A stretch of 64,000 nucleotides of DNA from Anolis carolinensis (Eukaryota): contig NC_085842.1 of the NCBI RefSeq assembly GCF_035594765.1, forward strand, positions 218,747,747 to 218,811,746. The letters are read 5' to 3'. Of the stretch, positions 37,315 to 51,221 are shown one piece after another. Both the position numbers and the translations under genes were made by a program. The notes beneath the pieces were generated by a model. That model was not told the DNA's origin. It worked only from the letters and a program-made list of their open reading frames with translations, and ran no database searches. Within the stretch, counting starts at the first letter, position 1, and each line of letters opens with the position of its first letter.

Positions 37315-38825
37315 TGACCTGTAAGAAAAAATGGAAAATGGTGTAAGCTTGGTGAAATACATGTTATGAATCCATAGGTCTGGTCTTTGGATTTGAATTG
37401 TGAATGTGCTGGTTGATTTAAACTAATTCTGACAAAAGAGCATAAAAGCACCTTAGATTTCTGAGTTATAAGGAAGCAATATTTTGAGAGAGAAAGACTA
37501 CCATAAATCTCTTGTTAAAATTGAAACTAGGCTTGTAAAGAGATTTTTTTATTTTTAACTTCCAATTCTTTCACTCAGCAAGAGAAAGATTATAGGCCAA
37601 AATGGGAAGTTTATGTTTAAAAACATCAAACTATGTGTGTGTGATGGGAATGATGGTGGTGGTGGTGGCGGGGGGGGGGGGGGGGACGGGACGGGACGGG
37701 GGATGGTTGTGATTTCAAACCAATCCTGTCTTGAAATGTGAACATGGAGCAAAAGCACATTATTGCCAGGAAGTATACCACCTCATTGATGGCTGATCCA
37801 TATGCATTAAACAGAATACAAGTTTTTCTGTCTGTGCAGGTACTGGAATGTGGATTTCATGAAGCTCAGGAAACTGCAGTTTACTATCAGACTACATTCA
37901 TAAATCTTAAAGAATAAAAAAAAAACTTCAAAGACGTAGCCTGATATGGAAACAATGGCATCATCAGCTGAGGCTTTTGGATCCTTAGAAGTCTCAGCAG
38001 ATGATGTCCTGCATCAGGTTTAGGGACATAGCCAGGCCCTTCTTTTATGCCTCCTTGTAGTAAGTGGCCATGGAGGAGGTGCTCTTGCAACCAAGAGATG
38101 AATTTGTCAGGGAATTTGTAATGATCCAAGAAGTGATTTTTTAAAAACAACTGGACTTACATTTGTACATCATTAACATAATGGAAGCCATACATTTTCT
38201 CCTTTAATACAAAGAAAAGAAGTAGTAAAATGCTACTTGTGCTGAGAATGCGTTGGAATGAGTACTACCTTGTTTGCATAGATATACATGTACTCTCTGC
38301 AACTTCACCCCATTTTAATCTTTCTATGTAATTTGCCTCCTTTACTACTTCAGAGTATTATATAATCTGTTTTTGCCACATATGGCACCCTGTTTCCTTG
38401 ACATTTACACATGTAAAGTAGAAGTGTTCATGTGAAGCAAAGTATGGAAAGCACTGAGTGATATATGGCAGTGATATCCAGAAAGCACACTTGTTTTGAG
38501 TGAAGGAGCTGTAGAGTTTCACATAAAAATTCATTATGAAGCCGAAACATACTAAGGCTGGAAAATGCGACGTAGGAGGAAGTGAAAAATTTCTGGGGCA
38601 GCAAGTGTTCTCGCATTATTCGGTATTCTCTGTACAAGGACTTTATCACATGTTAAAAACTTCTATTGTATAACTGTGTGTACCTTCGTATTTTTTCAGT
38701 CCCTTTTAGATTTTTCTACAGCAACAAAGCAAGAACTGTCACAAGTTCTGGTCTCAGCAGAATAATTGTAAAAAATTAAAACAAACATAAATCTGTCTGT
38801 TTGATACAGAAAATCCATAAAATAG

Positions 38826-39068
<243 letters not shown>

Positions 39069-39663
39069 TGAATGTTGAAACCTTTCCTCACCACTATTAT
39101 TATTTGTAAGAAAGGTGTGATGAACATTGAATAATTGCCTGCTTTGTGATAAAACTTAGAGGGTATAATGCTTAATTATAATTTCAGATCTTATCAGCTG
39201 GCTTCCTTACATGAGAATATTAAATTATTAAATTTTTCTTTTCTAAAAACATGTTTTACAAATAATATCTTGAGCTATACAATGAACATTGAAATAGAGA
39301 AGTATGAAGAAAGGCATTCCAAGTGTATATAGGTTCTGTATGTGAGACAGGGCAGTACAAGCTATTTTATTTCCTTTTGATTCAGTTACACTTCTTGTAC
39401 ATGGAGGGCACAGAGCATCTTTTTGTTTAGAGAGGCTCTGTATGAAGTAGACGATTTTCCAGGGTCGACTACTATGAAAAGAAAGGATCATTTGAATATA
39501 CTGTTGCCAATGTTTTATTTTTTTCATAAATGCCAGTGTTGAATCTTGTTTTTTTCTGCTGCTGTCTTCTGTTTGTGATTTTGTAATAATGATATAACAA
39601 TTATACTTAATGTGAAAATAAATCATTGGTAGAGCATTCATCATTTTTTCTGCTCTTCCGTAG

Positions 39664-39780
<117 letters not shown>

Positions 39781-41002
39781 TAAGCAAATTCTTCTTCCTC
39801 CTATTTGAGCAAGACTGAACCAGTGAGGAAAATACAGTGATACCTAGTGTTTATAGAAGGGGTGGCCAACTGTAGAAGGCTAGAAGGGGGTGGGTTAGCT
39901 CCCAAGGAGATTTCATGAGACCGCATGTCTCTACCACAGCTGTTCTCACAAAAATATTTAAAAGTTTTTTTGATTCCAAATGATTTCTAGAGAACAATAG
40001 GAGCACTTTCACCATGTTTTGACTGTTCACCTCCTGTTTTAAAAAGACCGTTCCTGGGCTTAATTTTGCCAAGGGAGACGAAATGTTGCAAAAGCATCCC
40101 ATGCACCCTAGAAAAATATTGCTTTGGAAATTTTACCAAAAATTTATTTTGAGGAATCCAGAGGGCCTCCAAGCATGTTGGAACTATGCATCTGTGGGCA
40201 TTTTCCAATCATACAAAACACCCTAGAAGTTACAAAAATGGCTGCTGGGGTTGGATGTGGTCCATGGCTTTCATGTTGCCCATTCCTAGAATATAGGATG
40301 AAGTCTTCTTTAATTACCATTATTCTCATATTTTAACTTTTTAAATGTTGTAAACAATGCCAGAATTGATTTCAGTGAAATGTTTTAAACAAATATTTGA
40401 TACTGATGAGGAGGATAAATTACAGTGAAATGTCCACCAGTCCATATGAGGGTAAGTCCAAACAGACAGATAAAAAGGCAACACCTCAGAAGCCAAATTT
40501 TGTTACAAAATACTATTTTTACTATTATGTATTTAATACCTTCTGATAGGGTGACTGTTAATCCTGTTGGAATAGAGTAGACCCATTTAATCAGTTATTG
40601 AATTGGATGGTAGAATCTCTGGAAGCAGAATAGGTGGATATGGAAAGCTAACTGTATTCAACAAGGGCTGTATTTCAAATCCCAAATTATGAAAAGTAAA
40701 TTAGTTGAACTAGAACTTAAAGGACTAATTTTTATTAAAATATGAATTAAAGAGAATTTAAGGGATTTGTGAGGAATCTTGTTAATCTTTTGCAGCCAAA
40801 AAAACAAACAAAGAATTTGATGACATCTTAAAAACATAACACATTTTATTGACCATGAGCATTTATGAACTCTTGTCTCAAAAATTTCATCTGATGAAGT
40901 GAACTGAGGTCCACACAAGCTTTATCCACAAAATATGTGCTGCAAGAATATTTAAAGCATTTCCTTGGATAATATGTAAGCAGTGTTTTAGAGCAATTGT
41001 TA

Positions 41003-41225
41003 TGTGCCTTCAAGTTGTTTCCAACTTATGGGGACCCTAAGGTAACACTGTCTTGGGGTTTTCTTGAGAAGATTTGTTCACTGAGTGTTTGCTTTTGACT
41101 TTCTCTTAGGCTGAGACAGTATGACTTGCCTGAGGTTACCCAGTGTATTTCCATGGCTGAGCAGAGATTCAGACCTTGGTCTCCAGAGCCATAGTCCAAC
41201 ACTGAAACCAATACACCATGCTGTC
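41003..41225 (-). mobile_element. CORE/MIR-like tRNA SINE
   Basis: Minus strand has A box GGTGTATTGG, B-box-like GGTCTGAATC and core TGGGTAACCTCAGGCAAGTCA. Confidence 0.65.
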
Positions 41226-41564
41226 TGTTTGGAGCAAACACTTTAAAAAATGTTGTCCGGTGGATATCTCTGCAGGACTGTTTCAAAGTAGAAGCATTAT
41301 CTTTATAAAGAGAATGCCTTTAAACAGAAATTTTATTATGTCTATTATTATCATATATCTAAAATCATTATTTTCCTCTTAAGAAATGTTAATAAATGTA
41401 TGCTAACATACTTGATAAATTGATCAGCCAAAACTTTCTGTAGTCAGTTGATAAGAGTTATTTTAAAGCCTTTTTGCCCACAGTTAATCTGAGGTGACCT
41501 TGTCTAACTCAGGCACAGTGACAAATATTTCTGCCGCACATTCTAAACTTGTCTGTCTGTCTGA

Positions 41565-41705
<141 letters not shown>

Positions 41706-42275
41706 AGACTATTCCAGGAGGAGGACAAAACATTTCGTTTTAGCTGTGTTTTGTTTACATGAACCACTTAAAGGCTTGAGAGAAGACTGGCGACTATTTA
41801 ATTAATCAAGGCCTTTGAATCAAGAAAGGATCAAAACTGCACTCTTAAGCATGTAGATACATTTAAAAATTCCATTTTATACGTGACCAAAACAAACTAG
41901 TGCAGTGTGTGTCAGACAAAAGACCTTGTATATTTGCAACCAAGATGATGGAGCATGATGTTTAAGGATTCAATCAAAGACCAAGGGAACATGCGTCCCA
42001 TCTAGTGACCGGAATCAGCTGCAGCTGCTACAACTGGTCTTTGTAGTGAGTTGCCTCCTGCCCAGATTATGTGGATTCCTGATACTCTGTCATTTGCTCT
42101 TTCTTTCGGTGATGGCACAAGCAAAACATTTACAAGCCACAGAGGCGTGCCCAGATTTGAAGCTCCTTACTCTTGTTTTGAATTTTCTACTTTTCATCAG
42201 TGTGTGCAGACTGGCAGCCATTCCCAGTGCCTCTTGAGACCCTTGCCTCTTTTTATGATTACTATTATTACTATT

Positions 42276-42301
42276 GATGATGATGATGATGATGATGATG
42301 A
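42276..42301. repeat. (GAT)n microsatellite in the putative MAN1A2 3'UTR (also (TTG)n at ~19744-19770 and mixed AAT/AAC at ~61331-61396)
   Basis: Seen directly. Confidence 0.9.
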
Positions 42302-44288
42302 GTCATTTGTTCTTGTTCATCAGTAAATGAGATATGGAATCATCAACTTCTCACAATCTGTCATTTTAGGATTTTAAGATTGTCCATCCTTGTCAGCTAA
42401 GTTGCAAAAAGTCATGAAGCGTGGAGTTCTTTTATCCTTTTTTTGGCACAGTATTCAAAAACAGAACAAATATTCCATAAGATATATCCAATAAGATATT
42501 CTTTACAATCTAAACCACTCTGAGTAAAAAGACTTTTACCTGGGTATACATGGTGCTTGTTTTTCTTTTCTTAAAAACCTGTTTGAGGAGAAGTGAGTAT
42601 TGTTCAACACATAATAGAAAATCTACCAAATTTATCTCTTACCTAATGGGAAACGTTACATCTATTGGCCTCAATAGTAGTGCAAAACAGATGAATAGGA
42701 GTTTGAAAGCGAACTTACTTTGCAATACATTCTTTTCCTTGCTAAATACTACTAATAACAATTTAGGTAAGAAACTGAAATCTCATTTCCTGGTGAATAG
42801 AAAAAACAGCTTTCTTTTTGGTTGGTATGCGTTGCTTATAAATACATTGCTAAAATGCAATCACTGGTTAGAAACGGCCTCTATTGACCAAATTTCTCTT
42901 CATTAAGATTTTTTAATGCCTCAAGTACATATGATTGACACGTTGGAATACTATTAAACAAATATATTGTAATTAAAATACAAGTTAATATGTTTTACGT
43001 ATTACCACCCCTATGGTAGAGATCACTGCATCTAGTTTGTGCTGCCATACTGTGCACAGTTGGACCTCTGGGACAGGACCATGCTATGCTCTAATTTGAA
43101 ATTCAGTATTTCCTGCACGATCTAGCCCACATTGTTACAGAAAGAATGCCTTAAAACATGCTGTGAGTTTTAATGGAATATTTATAGTAAAATGTGTAAA
43201 ATTCCAGGCTTCGGGAAGTTGAGTTTTCCTCACTTTCTTCACACATCGCCCATTATCTACTTTGTATTTTACTGTCCCTTCAAATTGATTTTTCACATTT
43301 CTGTACCCTAAATTTTCAATCATTTTTTTCTTCCTATTTTTCAATAGAACCAAATTCTGAATTTTGCATGAAAAAGGAAGTGGCATGTCCAGACGCAAAC
43401 GTGTACAGATTTATCAATGGAGTCCAGCTTTAAAAATTAGAATATTCTTAGAATTCTAGAGTCATTGTGTCTAGTACAAAATTGAAAGTTGGAAATCTTT
43501 CTCCAGGCCCTCCTAATATTACTTTTATTTATTCTGATTTGAATAGAGTTCTCACTGAAATCAGTTGAAAAAGTATTTATTTTGCTGAAAGGGGAGCTAC
43601 AGTGTTTCTGAACCAAAAGATAATGGATTGGGATTTAGAATTAAACTGGAAAAGATCTCTTTCATCTGGTAAATGGAAATACGTACTTTATTGAACATAT
43701 AGTCTTGGATTTTTCTACTTTAAAAGCACCACATGCCTGTTAGATTTTGTTTCCCCAAAAATATTATTGTGCAGACTAATAATTCATTACTATTCATGAA
43801 CAGAAATATATATCACAACATTATAGTATGAGAGTTACCTGGTCTTGTTTGCAGACTGTTTATCATGTGCACTTTACCAGTTTTGAGTTTCCTTCTTTTT
43901 CCTGCTCCCCTTTTCTGTTTGTGCCAGGATGCATGGTTTAAAACGGGTGGGCAGAAGGCAAATCAGGATCTACTAAGAACTATGTGGGTTTTTTGTGTCA
44001 GATCCAAAAGGGTTTCGAGTTCCTTTTTGCTTAACAAAATAAAGAAGTGATTCTGTCTCTCTTTATTAGACTTCATTAGTTGAAATGAAGAAAATGTGAA
44101 AGAAAATAAGTACATTACTTAGCACATCTTTTATTTCATGGGTTGACAGGCTTGTGGGATCTTTTTATAGAACACTAACAAACTGACACAAAATAGTTAA
44201 AGATAGCATAGATAATGTGGAATGTGGGTCAGAGCTCATGGTGTAGGCTAGCAATTTCTTTTCAAAACCAGGTGTGAGCTCATTTATA

Positions 44289-44658
44289 CAGGCGGTCCCC
44301 AAGTTATGAGCAAGATAGGTTCTGTAGGTTTGTTCCTAAGTTAAATCTGCATGTAAGATACTTTTTTAAAGTGTAACTCCAGCCAAAAATGTATATTTAG
44401 CTTGGAAGGGTTAACACCCCTGTGATGTTTGTTTTACTCAGAAGATTTCATAGCACTTTCAGTCCCTGTGATAATTGGATTTTGAAAAATGTGGCTTGTT
44501 GTGAAAACAAGGATTGGTGCTAAAGCTTCAGTTGAGACTCCTTTTCCCCGTGATCACTCTTCCAGGAGTGAATTTCCCTTCCTAGGGAAACAGGCAGAGG
44601 GTGAGCTTCCTGTTGTCTCACCCCTGTTCTTAAATGTTTGTAACTTGAGGACTGCCTG
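44289..44658. mobile_element. Tigger/pogo-like MITE
   Basis: ta|CAGGCGGTCCCCAAGTTA...TAACTTGAGGACTGCCTG|ta; a related terminus occurs at ~8188. Confidence 0.75.
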
Positions 44659-44887
44659 TATATGAAAGTCCACTCATCTCGCTGTTAATTAAATTAATAA
44701 TTGTGTAAAAGGGAATCTTTGGAGATAGCAGTTACTCCATGTGCTTAGGAGGATGGAGGGAAAATAAAAAAAGAGAAATTGCACTTACCTATTTGTTAAA
44801 CTGCAAAGAACAATCTTTGTGTTAATAAAAAAAAGAGTAGAGTACAAGTCAAACCCAACAAGCAGGAACACAGCATCTTTATACATA

Positions 44888-45210
44888 CAGTAGAGTCTCA
44901 CTTATCCAAGACTCGCTTATCCAAGGTTCTGGATTATCCAACACATTTTTATAGTCAATGTTTTCAATATATCATGATATTTTGGTGCTAAATTCATAAA
45001 TACAGTAATTACTACATAGCATTACTGCATATTGATCTACTTTTTCTGTCAAATTTGTTGTATAACTTGATGTTTTGGTGCTTAATTTGTAAAATCATAA
45101 CCTAATTTGATGTTTAATAGGCTTTTCCTTAATCCCTCCTTATTATTCAACATATTTGCTTATCCGACATTCTGCCGGCCCGTTTATGTTGGATAAGTGA
45201 GACTCTACTG
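44888..45210. mobile_element. MITE family A copy (323 bp)
   Basis: Same TIRs and TA duplication. Confidence 0.9.
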
Positions 45211-46929
45211 TACTTAGATTTTTCCTCTTAAGGCCCTTTACAAATCTGTGGAAGTTATTGCTGTTCCCTCAATGTGATAGGAACAAAGAAAAAGGGAACA
45301 GCAGGCTTGCAATTTCCTTACTTTTACTCGCCTTACTCCAGGACAGTGTCCATAGTGTGGACTGGGACTAGAAGAGCAGGGCAAGTGAATCACAGCCACC
45401 ATAAAGAAGAAGAGGACGATCTACCTTTTGCCCAATTCCACCTCCTCAATGCTGACAGCTGAAACTATCTGCTTCACTTCATTCACAAGGTGCATTTTCC
45501 CACCTTCATTTGCAGCTGTCAGTGACACTGAATAAAATATTCAGAATAAAAAAATGTACATGTTATTTATAATAACCGTATGTTAGTGGGAAGAGAATAT
45601 AGGACAAAGGGATGCTATTTTGAGCAGCATTTCCAACAAACAATATCATGGCTGTACTTAAACTATTCCTCCCACTCCCACCCTAAAGCTGAAACTTGGA
45701 AGGGGAAGATTTGAATAAAATCTATAGTATGCTTTCTAGGATATTATTAAACCTGTTGCTGTAATTAATAAATAGAAGCTGAGAATTCAAAATATGATAA
45801 GATCTCAGTTAACTAGCACCCATGCAGATTGGTAGATGCCAGATAAATGTAGTGCATAGTTGATTGAGAGCTACTATCAAAAATAAATTTAACGATATTA
45901 ATATTGAAGTGCAGTAATACTAGATAGCACGATTTTTGTTCCTGGGTTATAAATGTCATTTCCTAATTGGTTCTATCATTAAAACATGGGAAAAGTTGAT
46001 TAAACTGCAAAAACTTAGTTTTTGTGGGACATCCTCCAGCACATTTTGCTATAATTTTTCAATAAATATCTCATACCATCTCAACCAACTCAGCATAGTT
46101 TGTGGCAGCCACAAAAATGAAGCTTTTGAACAACTACTTTCAAAGTAAGTACCACACCATTAAACAGGAAATAACAATTTCAAACCAGGAACAGAAAATG
46201 CTTCAAATGTTATGTAGTGTAATTGAAAGCAAATTAAGACAAATAAAGATAACTTTAGGTAACAAAATTTTAAGAACTTTATGCAATTTTAATTTTCTTA
46301 AACTGTCAGTTGCTTGAGTTTCAGTTAACTGAAAGTGTAGTGTAGTTGCTGCAACAATTAATGGTCACTCAAGTTAAATGTGACTTGCATGGCTATTTAC
46401 TTGGAACCAGCAGCTGAATGAAATTGCCATGATTGATTTTCTAGCATCATTAAAACTAATTGTCTAATAATGACTTAAGTATTTTTGTTCCGTTTTAAAG
46501 AAATAGTTTAAAATTAGATTTTTCCATTCTTTTCGTAATTGCTAGTAATTTGAATGTGAGTCTCATTCTACTTCTATGAGCTTTTTTTGCCTCTAGCAGA
46601 CTCGGAGGAAGCGCTGTAATCTCTCTATAAATTCCTTCATCCTCTTGGAACATTATCTTCATCCCCACTCACAAAGTACCATATTTCATTGATTCTATGA
46701 TTATAAGACACTAATTTCAGTACCACCAAAGGAATATATATATACTGTATATATATGTCTCTCCAGCAGGTCTAAGACCATCCTATTTTTAGGGATGTTT
46801 ATATGGGAGTGAGGGAGTGGGTCTTAGAATCAAGGAAATACAGTACTGGCCCAAGTTCTACAAAAGTGATCAGGGTTAAAATTTTAATTATGTTGCCCAT
46901 ATCTATTAAATTTGCTTTTTCATTAGCAC

Positions 46930-48694
46930 AGTTAAAATTTTAGTTAAGTGCTTCTTGCATTCACTCATGGTTTTAAATCACTGCTACAAAAAATCTGGTT
47001 TTTAGATCCTAAGCCATTTTAGGGCAATTTTTAAAAGATTTTTACTAATTAAATATAATACCAATTCTCTCTTGTTTATTGTGATGGGGTTTTGTTGTCC
47101 ACCATACACTTCACTAACTTCACTAATAGTAGTAGTTTTATAAGAGTTTCAGTAAGGGTGTGAGGTTTACCGGCAAGAACCAGGTCATGACTAACCAAGT
47201 TCAATGCTCTCAGTGCTTTCTTGTTATTTGTCTTTGCATGAGATTCAAATTTTGTCTGAACTGCATGGAGTTCATTGCTTTTTCTTTTGAAATAGTCTGC
47301 AGTTTTATTTGTAAAGTCAGGATAAGTTTTGAAATGTAGTCGAAACTTATCAGGGAACATAGAAGTATTGGGCAAAATTTTGTTTCATATCACACACTGG
47401 ATATCCATCAGCAAACAGTGAATCATAGAATCATAGAATAGTAGAGTTGGAAGAGACCTCATGGGCCATCTAGTCCAACCCCTGCCAAGAAGCAGGAAAT
47501 CGCATTCAAAGCACCCCCGACAGATGGCCATCCAGCCTCTGTTTAAAAGCCTCCAAAGAAGGAGCCTCCACCACAGTCTGGGGGAGAGAGTTCCACTGCC
47601 GAACAGCCCTCACAGTGAGGAAGTTCTTCCTGATGTTCAGGTGGAATCTCCTTTCCTGTAGTTTGAAGCCATTGTTCCGTGTCCTAGTCTGCAGGGCAGC
47701 AGAAAACAAGCTTGCTCCCTCCTCCCTATGGCTTCCCCTCACATATTTGTACATGGCTATCATGTCTCCTCTCAGCCTTCTCTTCTGCAGGCTAAACATG
47801 CCCAGTTCTTTAAGCCTCTCCTCATAGGGCTTGTTCTCCAGACCTTTGATCATTTTAGTTGCCCTCCTCTGGACGCTCTCCAGCTTGTCAACATCTCCCT
47901 TCAACTGTGGTGCCCAAAATTGGACACAGTATTCCAGGTGTGGTCTGACCAAGGCAGAATAGAGGGGGAGCATGACTTCCCTGGATCTAGACGCTATTCC
48001 CCTATTGATGCAGGCCAAAATCCCGTTGGCTTTCTTAGCAGCCGCATCACATTGCTGGCTCATGTTTAACTTGTTGTCCACAAGGACTCCAAGATCTTTT
48101 TCACATGTACTGCTGTCTAGCCAGGTGTCCCCCATTCTGTATCTTTGATTTCCATTTTTTCTGCCGAAGTGAAGTATCTTGCATTTGTCCCTGTTGAACT
48201 TCATTTTGTTAGTTTCGGCCCATCTCTCTAGTCTGTCAAGATCGTTTTGAATTCTGCTCCTTTCTTCTGGAGTGTTGGCTATCCCTCCCAGTTTGGTGTC
48301 ATGTCCAAATATGAATAGCAGTACTTCTGTTTTTTACTTCCTTTTAGTACCTTTTCACTAGGCATTGTAGACTGAAGCAGGAATATGTGCAGTATTTTCC
48401 GAGTTCAAGCGCAAGGAATTTGCATTATCTTCTTCGAGAGTAAGCTCACAACTGTTGTTATCTCCCTTTGAGCAGTGGTTGATGGCAGATGACTCAGATC
48501 TTAGGGAGCCCATCTTAAGCCATAGTCCTATTTCAATGAAAGTTTAGCGCTAACAATTGGGGGAGGGGGAGGAGGGAAGTAGCATGGCACTGCCACCGTT
48601 CGCACTTATGCCAGTCCGGGAGCAGGAAGAGGAGCCCCTCACAATCACTCATGGAGTCCCAAGGACTCCGCGGAGCACCCTTTGGCAAGCCCTG
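46930..48694 (-). mobile_element. Decayed hAT (Charlie/Buster) transposon with transposase remnant, interrupted by a CR1
   Basis: ORF 47076..47375 reads DYFKRK...KALRALNLVS...AGKPHTLTETLIK, typical of Buster/Charlie transposases. The N-terminal KY..SYLD/FTV segment is split by the CR1. Terminus CAGGGCTTGCCAAA (minus strand) at 48694 sits next to GTCTAGAC. Confidence 0.7.
47420..48302 (-). mobile_element. Young 5'-truncated CR1 LINE with intact ORF2 C-terminus and (ATTCTATG)n tail
   Basis: 232-aa ORF MKFNRDKCKILH...KQRLDGHLSGVL; tail reads GAATCATAGAATCATAG on + at 47420; near-identical to the 14-16 kb copy. Confidence 0.95.
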
Positions 48695-50509
48695 GTCTAG
48701 ACTGAGGGCAGTAATGGTGTCATCTATCCTTCTCTGGTTAGACCTCACCTAAAATTCAACAAAGATAGTGACAAACTGGAATGTGTTGAGAGAAAGTCTG
48801 GATGTGGCTTGGGGAGGTGGGTAAATTTTTTTTAGTCAATGCTGTAGACGTGATTCCTGGAGAATGAATGTTCTGAAATCCTGGTAGTCTGCGGTCATAC
48901 TAGTGCAGTGGTATCAAACTCATTTTCATGGAGGGCCACATCAGCCTTAGGATTGCCTTCAAATGGCCATTAAATCAATAGTAAGTAAATCCATGGATGT
49001 CGAGGACCAGCTATAATGTTTTTTTTTACATAGTGACCAGTACTCTAGTATTTAATCAATTAGGTTGAATAACAACAACAACAACAACAACTTTATTTTT
49101 GTATCCCACCTCCATCTTCCCGAGGAGACTTGGGGTGGTTTACATGGGGACAAGCCTGAACAAAATAGTTAAAATATAACATTAAAATTAATAAAACATC
49201 ATAAAACAGTGTAAAACAACCAAGATATAACAACCATCTAACAAACCACCAATAGCCTGAGTAGTAAACAGATTCTGAGCTTGGGCGGACAGGCTGGTGC
49301 AACTCAGTTGCAGTTGAATGACACCTCTCATCACTTCTGATTATCCACCAATCTGTTGGGAATTGCAACCCAAAAGCACTTGTGACTCTAAGGTTGGGGA
49401 AGGGTTAAAGGACATTTTAAAGTCAGACATATCTATAAGTCTTGTATCTAAATTCAAACCCCACCATTCTAACCAAGCAGAACAAACTGCAGCCTTCCAG
49501 ATGTCGCAACTCTCATCAGCTCTAGCCATGATGTCTAATGAGTAATGCAGGAGTTATAGTCCATCAGCTAAAGAGACATAAAATGGCATGGTGGGTCAGA
49601 TTTAGCCTGTGGGCCTTGACTTTGACACATGTGATCAAAAATACATTTTGTAAGCACTTCAGGAGGAGGGAAGACTTGTCATCTACACAGCAGTAAAATC
49701 CAGTTTGAAGCCAGCACAAGGTTGGGGGTGTCCAGAAAATACCTCCCTCCCCATGTGAGTTCTGAAGCGAATCCACATAGGAAACTGTGATTAAAAAATT
49801 CACCAGAAATGCTTGATTCAAGTCAGAATGCTGAATCCCTCCTGTGACTAACCATGCCACTGGAAGTAACCCAAATGCAAATTATAGAGGCAAATGTACA
49901 CAGGGATTAAACTGGATCAGCCAGAATGCAAAAGCATTTGCCATAACTCAGCCAGAAGGTGAGGAATACCTCCCCCCCCTAAACAAAACATTCCTGTGGG
50001 ATTCTGCTTGTAGTGATTTACTTAGAACCACTGTGCTTGGTAAGTGTGAGCTAAACCAGATAGGCCAGAACAGAGAAACAAACTCACCAGGTTGAAGACA
50101 AGCCACAGAGGTTTATTGCGATTTGGCCAAAAAGGATGCAAGTACAAGCAGTTTGCTTCAAAAGGTACAAGCATAAATATACAGAAAAATGCAAAACATT
50201 TAATACAGTTCTGACAGCCATTCAGACTTCCCACTCCCTCATTTTGCTTAAAGATTGTGTTGACACATCTTCAGCCATCGCTTGCATTGCTTTACCCTTT
50301 GGTCTTATTTTGTAAAGATGAAAAGACATCTGTTTCTTCTCCATATAAGAATAAACTTATTTTAGTATTATTCTGTCTCTCTAGAAAGTTGTTTGGGAAT
50401 GAAATATTCTCTGTGTGTGTGTGAGAGAGAGAGACTGAGAGAATTGAAATCTAAATTGGACAGTCAACAGATGTGGAAGTCAGTGATTTTAAGGCATTTC
50501 TCCAGTGTG

Positions 50510-50700
50510 GTTGCTTAATATTATAACTTTGTTTTTCAACAGGAACTTGGAATTTCCCTCAGTTCTCTTCTCAGAAGTCATCTGACCTCTCTGGGGGATT
50601 TAAAAAAAGAAAAAAAAGAATCCAAACTTCGCCCTGCCAAAATAGGGATTGTGCAACTAAATTATCTGAACACTGCTTTCGCTTTTGATATTGTTTAGCA
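50510..50700. promoter_or_regulatory. Putative C1S promoter/enhancer with clustered inflammatory motifs
   Basis: GGAATTTCCC (NF-kB) 50549-50558; TTCTCAGAA (GAS/STAT) 50568-50576; ATTGTGCAAC (C/EBP) 50648-50657; GCTTTCGCTTTT (IRF-E, reverse AAAAGCGAAAGC) 50675-50686; about 1.8 kb upstream of the C1S ATG. Confidence 0.55.
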
Positions 50701-51221
50701 ATACAGCAGAGTGAAGGATGCCACTGCCAAGCAGCAGAGGGGAGCAGAGTTCTTCAATGCTGAACAGGCATATCAACTGCCTGTGGACAGTATGCGTTGT
50801 AGGGAAATGAGAAGAGGGAAATAGAAGAGGCAGGAGGAGACAGAATCAGCCGGAGATAAAAGGGGTAAAAGGTAAAGCTTTCTCAAAAAATGAATGATAT
50901 TTCTGGATATTGGAATATGGGTTAAATGCGTCCTGTTATGGAATCCACCCTTTTACATTGGGGAAAGTAGTGCTTTCCCTAAAATAGTGTGCTTTGAGGG
51001 AGTGGAAGCATTCGACAACACATTTGTCACCATTGTACCATGTTCTGTAGAAGTGTAACTACCTGTGGCAATTGGTCTTCTTGGCCCCACATCTTGCTTA
51101 GTGCCTGACCTTGTGCCCAAGTGTTCCCTGCTGCTTTGTGCACATATGGTACAGAATGCTGCTTTGGAACTCATTTTCCTTCTTAAATCCTAGAGTAGTG
51201 TTGTGAACCGTTGTGCTAGAG

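Noticed and set aside
41706-45560. Exact MAN1A2 polyadenylation site
   Set aside because: Several AATAAA/ATTAAA candidates exist (~42953, 44038, 44763, 44824, 45531, 45545), and they cannot be ranked from sequence alone.
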